Both the position numbers and the translations under genes were made by a program. The notes under the pieces were generated by a model that was not told the DNA's origin, searched no databases, and saw only the letters and a list, made by a program, of their open reading frames with translations. A DNA stretch of 61,698 bases, counting the filler. It is 11 parts of 11 records of this genome, joined end to end, with 100 filler letters (N's around TTAATTAATTAA, not from the genome) between each part and the next. Parts side by side here need not be neighbours in the genome. Positions count along the whole stretch, not along the records: positions 51,117 to 57,190 come from SRR7504441_20402; positions 57,291 to 61,698 come from SRR7504441_20405; 9 more parts are not named here. One strand, 5' to 3'. Numbering within the stretch: the first letter of the stretch is position 1; each line of letters begins with the position of its first letter. This document shows, piece by piece, positions 55,098-61,698 of this stretch.

Positions 55098-56852
55098 TCA
55101 GTACGGCTGACTATCCTGCAGCTCCGCTACACTCCCGTGCCCGGCCGCGACCTGGCCAAACGGGTCTGTTGCATCCCTGATCCACCACGGGTAGCTCTGG
55201 CCGAGCAGCGGGCAAGAGTCCACCCATATCTGGATCAGCTCACCCTCCTCAAACTGGCACGCTTGCTGCACCGAACTGAGCAGCATGGAGCCATGCAGGT
55301 GGCCATCGCCAAAGTTGTACCCTAGAGCGACTGCAGCTGCCATCTCGCCCACATACAAGTGGTACTCATCAATCCGATCGGGTGAGACCGCCTTGGGCAG
55401 CAGCCTCGGGAACAGCCGGCCATGCAGGTGAAGGCACAGCCACCCGATGACCTTGATCGAGACCGTGAGCAGCCCGTCAGGCCCCCACAGCCGCTCGGCC
55501 TCCGACCGATGCATCGAGTTACCTGCGACAGGTCAGACCGGCCACTTGCTCGCTGCACCGAAGGTTTTGAGCCGGTCCATCTTGTGGCTAGCAGACTTCT
55601 TGATAAGCCAGACCGAGATCGGCCAGTTTCCGGCATAGTAACGCATCGCGGGGAGGAAGCTCACCAAATTGGGGTAAAAGTTACCTACCAGCGGGATAAC
55701 CAGCTCAGCCACCAGCAGGAAGAGCGCGAGGCCAACCGGCAGCCCAGCTAGCTCTGCCCACGTGAGGCCTTCCATTGTCCCGAAGAGCATCCAGGCGTTC
55801 ACAACACAGAAGATGTTCCACTCTTGCGGCGCGCCCATCGCCACGTTCACGAAAATGAATGCATGGAAGCCTAGAGCAATCAGCAGCCCAGCACCGCCGC
55901 ACACGTCGCCCCCAACCAGCAGCAGCAGCGGGAATACAAACTCCATGGTCGCCCCGAATCGGGCAATCCCAACGCACAGGCTTGAGAGCCTGAGGTCATC
56001 GGGGTACTCTCTGAACATGGCGCGGTGGATTCTTGTGCTTGAGAGAGGCCAGATCCACGAATTGCAAACCATCGCCTGGATCACGTACGCGAACCAAGGC
56101 CCGCACTTGGATACGGCTGCCCACAGCCAGATGCCGAGCTGGACCAGCTTGAGCCCGGTGAGCAACGAGGCGGTTGAATTGGCCAGACAGATGACAGCAA
56201 GCATGTAGCAATACACCTCGCCCCGAGCAGCCAGCCAGATGGTCATATCACTCAGCCCGAGTAACGACAGCACCAGCACCACCGGAGCGCACTGGTCCCA
56301 GCCGATCGGCCGCGGATCGTACAGCCCGGCCACCGCCAGCCCGATCAAGCCCAGGTAGAGCCCCACATCCAACCAGCCTCGCCGCGTCCCGACGAACGGT
56401 AGCAGCGGCTGTTGCCCGTCGCGCAGGTCTAGACGGAAGGGCATTTTGAGCGTGCCGGGCCGGAGCCAATAGAACGGGCCGGTGGATGGGACGAGAAACT
56501 TGCCCGTGAGCGGACCGGAGCCGCAGCCGAGGTGAAGGACCTCGAAGAGAAGGCTCCAGAGCACGAGCCGCTGGAGGCCCTCCAGGCTGAGCATCGGGTG
56601 CTGGTGGCAGCAGGCCCGCCACACGCCGAGGTAGAGCACGTGCTTGGCCAGGTACAGAAGGTAAGCGAGCTTGGGCGCCCCGAGCCCGTCCCGTGCCCAG
56701 GACAAAGCGCTCTGGTGCAGCCGAGCCGATAGCCCGCTGCGCCGCCACAGTGCCAGGTCAACATCGGCCAGCGGGATCAGCCGGCCCACTCGCCGGGCCC
56801 AGTCGGCATGGGCGTGCCGTCCGGGACCCGGATACCAGCGCGAAGAAGGCAT
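55098..56852 (-). CDS. DUF3556-family polytopic membrane protein, intron 55523-55558
   Basis: LWSLLFEVLHLGCGSGPLTGKF...YWLRPGTLKMP...WLAARGE.Y...WAAVSK.GPWF...YPDDLR...PQEWN...VSFLPAMRYYAGNW...GYNFGDGHLH. Confidence 0.85.
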
Positions 56853-56960
56853 GATGAGCGGGCCGGGGCAGCGGGCAGATTTAACGGCCGCGCGAAGAGG
56901 CACCCTCCGCTGGCCCAGCACCTGAAGGAGTTCCAGCACGCCTCCCGGCTGCTGCCGAGC

Positions 56961-57190
56961 ATGGCCGAGGTCGGTGCGCTGTTCGATCAGATCGACCTGG
57001 ACGGCGACGGGCTGATCTCGCCTGCCGAGTTCAGGCGGGCGCTCACCGGCAAGCGGAAGGCCAAGCTGCGCGAGTTGCTCGGGGCTGCAGGCCGGTCGTG
57101 GCGCCAGGTGTTTGACTCGATGGACGCCAGCCGGGACCAGCAAATTAGCCGGCCCGAGTTTGAGGCGGCGCTGCGCAGCTGCCCGCCCGA
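56961..57190 (+). CDS. EF-hand protein, 3'-partial
   Basis: DLDGDGLISPAEF and DASRDQQISRPEF loops. Confidence 0.85.
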
Positions 57191-57290
57191 NNNNNNNNNN
57201 NNNNNNNNNNNNNNNNNNNNNNNNNNNNNNNNNNTTAATTAATTAANNNNNNNNNNNNNNNNNNNNNNNNNNNNNNNNNNNNNNNNNNNN
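57191..57290. other. Artificial contig linker
   Basis: N-TTAATTAATTAA-N. Confidence 0.99.
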
Positions 57291-57379
57291 ACATGCACAA
57301 TTTAGTGCTCAACTAAAATTATAACTGACTGCTTGATGAGGCTCCTCGTCCAGGCTCGTGAATAACATTTGGCATTTCA

Positions 57380-59133
57380 TCAATCGTGCAACTGGGCAGC
57401 TAACCTCTTACAATCAGCCTTGTGCGCCTTCCAATGGGCCCGTTGGTGGTCCTGACCGCAGTAGTGCACTGCGTGACAGCGCGAGCATTGGGACAGGAAG
57501 TCGAGCGCCCCACATACTGCACATTTGGGCACCTGTCCACCTTCTCCTGCCTGGCCCCTGCCCGCCGGCACCTTCTCCTGCTTGGCGGCGTCGTGGTTGA
57601 TGGCTGTTCTATCATAGATCTCCTTATACTCTTCCTGGCACTTGGCTTTATGTCCCGCCTGTCCCAGGCTCGAGCGCCCACCGGCTCAGCCACCACACCT
57701 TCCAGTGCGCCTTTTGGCATTCCTCGCTGCAATAGAACACTTTCTTGCAGTTGGCGCACCGTTGCGTCTGGCCAGCCGCGTCAACAGCCGTAACGGCAGC
57801 AGCCGCACCCCAGGTCCCTTGCCACAGTTGGAGCAAGTCGGTATCATTTTCAGAGCCCCCTTTGGGGTAGACTCAAGGTTGTATTCCTTTGAATCCTACC
57901 CGCAAGCTCGCCCGCCGCATGCCCTGCCGAACCCACCTCCGAGAACCGGGCCTTAAAGGCGGCCCCGTCTGCTTCTTGGTCCCAGTGCTGCCCCACCGCT
58001 CAGAGCAGCACTGAAAGCTCGCAGGCACCGGATCCTGAAGCACGTCGCCGTGCTCCTTGAGCCTATCGTGGATTTGCTGTGCTCGCAGCCGCGCCGCACA
58101 CGACCGCTGCCGGGCCTCCGTCTCGATCGGCTCGTGCTCCTTTCTGAACTGCTTGGTGGCCTCGTATAACTCTGCGGAGTGAAGATAGTGCCTCATAGTC
58201 AGCCTGCCCGCTATTCAGCCCGGCCCCGCCTGCTGGGGGGCACTTGTCGTCTCGCAGCCGCTCCCAGCCCTCCCGTGCCGCCCGGTCGCCCTTTTGCCCG
58301 AGCTCAAAATACTCCTGACCTGCGCCCGGGCTCACAGCCACCCTCACCCGATGTGCGCACCGGCATCCTTCAGGATCTCATCTCCCGTCCTACTCAGCAG
58401 CGCAGCGTCCGCATCGGGCTTCCGCTGCACCCGCAGTCTCTAGCCTGAGCCGCTGGCCTGTCACCTGCTCGTACTCGGACCGGAGCCAGGCTATGGCAAA
58501 ATTGATATCATCCTGCAGACACTTGTACTCACACGTGTCAGCTACACGCTCCGCACCTCCTCCTCCGGGTGCTCGTTCCGCACCTTCATCGCCTTCTGCA
58601 CCGCCCAGGTCTCGCCTGCCGCCCCGTCGGCCGCCGCCCGGGCCGCGAGTCACAGAAGTAGGCGGCGGCCGGATTTTTCTTCTTTATGAACCGCGACGTG
58701 TTGATCAACCCAGCGATGCAGTCGAGCTTGTGGCTCCAGATTACGTCCAGATGCTGCCCCACACTCACCGCCTGACCGCCCGGGGGCTGCCTTCTCGTAG
58801 TTATCCTGGAAGCTGCCCAGCCTGTCCGGCCGCTGCTGTGGGAATGGCGCCACCGTGAGCCCCTGGCCCGCTCTCAGGCTACCCCAGCCCCGGCTCACAC
58901 CTCCAGCTTGCCGCGCGCCCGCGGGCCCTGCTCGGCCGTGCCGGCCATGTACTCCTGCGGCCGGGGCTCAGCGGCTGCGGCCGGCTGGCGGGTGCCGCGA
59001 GGTCGAACTGTTCCTCGATCTTCTCCAGCGCCGGGTCGGACAGCTGGGCCCCGTGGAACTGGACCAGGCCCTCCGCAGGCTCGGCGCAGCTGGCGGACGG
59101 CCCCGCTGCGGCCGAGTCGCCGCCCTCTTCCAT
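57380..59133 (-). CDS. Intron-rich protein with two C-terminal MYND zinc fingers
   Basis: CSNC...RCANCKKVFYCSEECQKAHWK..HKAKC and CAVC...CSRCHAVHYCGQDHQRAHWKAHKADC; N-terminal exon joins are tentative. Confidence 0.75.
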
Positions 59134-59413
59134 CCTGTGGTGCGCTCGCTTGCTCGTCGTGGTTGCCTCGCGTGCGGCCGGTCAAGATGATCTAACGGCA
59201 CGGCCCGGCGCGTCACTCTAGTCGGAGCGCCAGCTGAGGTCCCGAATGTATACTCGGATCAGGAGGTAGTTCTTAGGAATCGATCGGATTCTGATACTTA
59301 GAGTGATTGCTCTGCTTAATGTTATGTGGTGGGGTTTTACTCACTCGACCTTAATAAATGTAATTGATCACACGCGAATGATAATCACTTTAATATATAC
59401 ATATTCAATCGTC

Positions 59414-60277
59414 TTACCGTTGGCCGAATTGGGCGTCTTGACGACTGTACTCGTATTTCAACGCGTTTGCCCAGTCGTCTATCACATTGCGTGTCTTTGG
59501 ACTGATTGGCTCGTCCTTCTCCACTAGTTGTCCGGCCGCCAGCACCTCAACTTGTGACGCTTCGAGCTCGGCTCGTAGCGCCTTGACTCTGGCCTCGTGC
59601 TCGGGCCAGCCTCGGAGCGCCTCGATGTCCAGCCCCGATAGTTCCTCCTTCAGCTCTTCGGTTCGCTCCACGCTTCGCTCGAGACATGCTTGCCGCTCGT
59701 CCATGATCTGCTGGTTCCCGGCCTCGTCCAGCGCAGCCAGCTTGGCCAGCAGCTCCCGCTTGTGCTCCACCACGCAGGCCGGGATCTCCCCACGCAGCGA
59801 GGAAGGCGACCACTCCCTGTGGTGCCGATCCAGTTCGCCCCGCCACTCGGACCCCTTCTGTTTGGATGGGCTCGACCTCAACTCCGCCAGCTCGGCCCGC
59901 AGCCTCTGATTCTCCCTAGCCAGCCGCTCCGCCTCTCCCCGCCACGCAGCGGCCGCCTCCTCGGCCGCCACTAGCTCCCTCTCCAGCCCACCCGCTCTGG
60001 CCTCCAGCGCGGCGTCCGGTGCAGGCTCGGGCTCGGGGGGCGGCTCCGAGTCGCTGGCCAGCGCGAGCCGGCACCGCGCGTCCGGCGGCAAGAAGCAGAC
60101 CGGCTCGTCGTCGTCGAGCGGATCCGCTGAATCATGCAAGCAGAGCGCGCAGTCGGTCGGGCCGCACGGAAGGCTGAGGGCGTGGATGATGGCCTGCTTG
60201 GCCGCGGCCACGTCGCCGTGCATGTCCACCGTCACCTTGGCTGCCGGCTGATTCCCCACCGCGACCCAGAGCAGCAT
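59414..60277 (-). CDS. Protein with ubiquitin-like N-terminus and coiled coil
   Basis: MLLWVAVGNQPAAKVTV...DVAAAKQAI...LDDDEPV beta-grasp-like pattern, then E/R-rich helices. Confidence 0.7.
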   Translation of the reverse strand: MLLWVAVGNQPAAKVTVDMHGDVAAAKQAIIHALSLPCGPTDCALCLHDSADPLDDDEPVCFLPPDARCRLALASDSEPPPEPEPAPDAALEARAGGLERELVAAEEAAAAWRGEAERLARENQRLRAELAELRSSPSKQKGSEWRGELDRHHREWSPSSLRGEIPACVVEHKRELLAKLAALDEAGNQQIMDERQACLERSVERTEELKEELSGLDIEALRGWPEHEARVKALRAELEASQVEVLAAGQLVEKDEPISPKTRNVIDDWANALKYEYSRQDAQFGQR

Positions 60278-60404
60278 TGTAGTGCGCTCTTATAGAGCCC
60301 AGCTTCCCCCTGCCCTCTCTGCGTAGTTGAGGCGGTATGCCCAACCGACAGACAGCTGCAAACCGCAGCTGCCTGTCGCGGAGCAGGTTGCTGGGTGCTC
60401 GGCG

Positions 60405-61556
60405 ATGGGCGGCACGGCTTCCCAGCCGGAGACGGCGGTGCGGGCGGTGGTGACTGCGGCCCTGCTGGTTCGGCGGCCAGCGAGGGCCAGGTGGATCAGC
60501 GCTTCCCTGGCCATTCGGGCGGGCTGGAGCTCGATGAGCTGGTGGACCTGGCTCACGACTGCGCCCTGCAGCTGCATCTGCCCTGGGACCCGGTGGATGC
60601 CACTGTGCTGCTCGAGCCGGCGGACAGCCCTGGGACGATCCCGAGGGGCACGGCCCGGGCCCAGGCGCGTGCGTGCGGCCGGGCTCGAGCCTGAGCGGTG
60701 GGTAGTTGGAGAGCTTCTTGCTGCAGCTGTACCAACGGAACCCGATCCCAGAGCTGCCTCAGCACCCGTACCGCCCCTCGACCGCCAGCCGCCAGCCGGG
60801 GCAGGCCGGTCGGACGGGCGGAGTTGCAGGCGGCACGAGCGGTGCTGGAGAGCTTCGATGAGCTCTCCAGCCTGGTGCGCGTTGGTGGCTGCGCGGGGCC
60901 AAACGGCTGTGGCCAGGTGGGGGTGAGGGTAGTTCCAGCCGACGAGGCCAGGAGGTTAGACGTGCCTGCGCTGTCAGTTCGGCCTAAGCAGGTAGCGACC
61001 ATGAGGCTGGTCACGAGTGAGCGACTCGGGCAGGGCTATGACATAGCAGACGTGACCACGCTGTACATATATACCTGCGCGGAGCTCAAGCTGATTGTGT
61101 ACGAGGACCCGGATGTGGACAAGCAGGCTCTAGATGCGGCCCAGGTCTAGGGCTGTGGCCTAGCTGAGAACCAGCCGCGGGCAGGCGGCGATGGCGGGGA
61201 ATCACGTGGTCTCACTAGAGCACGCGATTGCCTGTGTGGCGGCGGCGTTGAGGGTGAAGGTGGAGCATGCGGAGGGGGCAGCAGAGGAGGAGGAGGAGGC
61301 GGAGGTCGATCCGGGCGAGGCAGCTCCTAGTTGGGGGCAACGGTATGAAAAGACTGTCGCAGAATGTGAAGACACGCCAGTGCCGGCAGAAAGTTCTGTT
61401 GAAGAGCTAGAGGAGGAGGCTCCAGTGCCTGACAAAACTTTGGAATCGGCCGGTGAAGACGCCACGGAAAGCATCGAAGAGCCAGTAGTGCAGTGTCCTG
61501 TTAGTCCACCTGTCATTGAGGACGTGGGGGGTGGAGAGCTAGTGGCTGAGATATAG
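60405..61556 (+). CDS. Hypothetical protein, spliced, acidic C-terminus
   Basis: MGGTASQ (myristoylation-like) start; several ~40-nt introns link the ORF pieces; TAG at 61556. Confidence 0.5.
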
Positions 61557-61698
61557 GGATTGCGATGCTACAATGGTTTAATAATGGCTTTAGCGGAAAA
61601 CTGAACACCACGTGTGTGTGTTTTCCAACGGAAATTTGACCTAAATCCCAACAGACATTAATTTTGACACCTAAACCCATGCCTCGCTTCAGATCCAT

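Noticed and set aside
56853-57143. N-terminal extension of the DUF3556 ORF to 57143
   Set aside because: It is the antisense of the EF-hand gene; ATG 56852 is the more plausible start
8256-57290. Ten identical TTAATTAATTAA motifs as a repeat or CRISPR-like array
   Set aside because: Each sits in a fixed 100-bp N spacer; it is an artificial six-frame-stop contig linker

Overview
This is eukaryotic (protist-type) nuclear DNA. It consists of 11 short contigs joined by ten artificial 100-bp N/TTAATTAATTAA/N linkers, so gene neighbourhoods across linkers carry no meaning. The DNA is gene-dense, with about 40 protein-coding genes, many in divergent pairs separated by under 150 bp. Most genes only make sense after removing many tiny (about 35-48 nt) GC-rich spliceosomal introns with GT or GC donors, no polypyrimidine tract and frequent hairpins; the supplied ORF track misses these. 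Recognisable products: mitochondrial uL15, an ABCB half-transporter, a ChAPs-family adaptor, a PhyH-type dioxygenase, a CobW GTPase, Sfi1-like, a pirin half-protein, a tandem-TIR protein, myotubularin, ASPM, GH113, a PaaI thioesterase, a SET/LSMT methyltransferase, eIF4E, GH29, GH38, PanE, HslV, GNAT, Mpo1/DUF962, acyl-CoA dehydrogenase, a multi-PA/SAM protein, WRAP73, zinc-finger proteins and DUF3556. The best leads are the mini-intron system, the tandem-TIR protein with both catalytic-position Glu residues, a four-copy unrecognised repeat protein, a 50-bp insertion whose 9-bp duplication copies a splice donor, overlapping divergent start codons, and bacterial-like genes (DUF3556, GH113). All gene models were spliced and recognised by eye, and no database search was run. 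I found no rRNA, tRNA or CRISPR.
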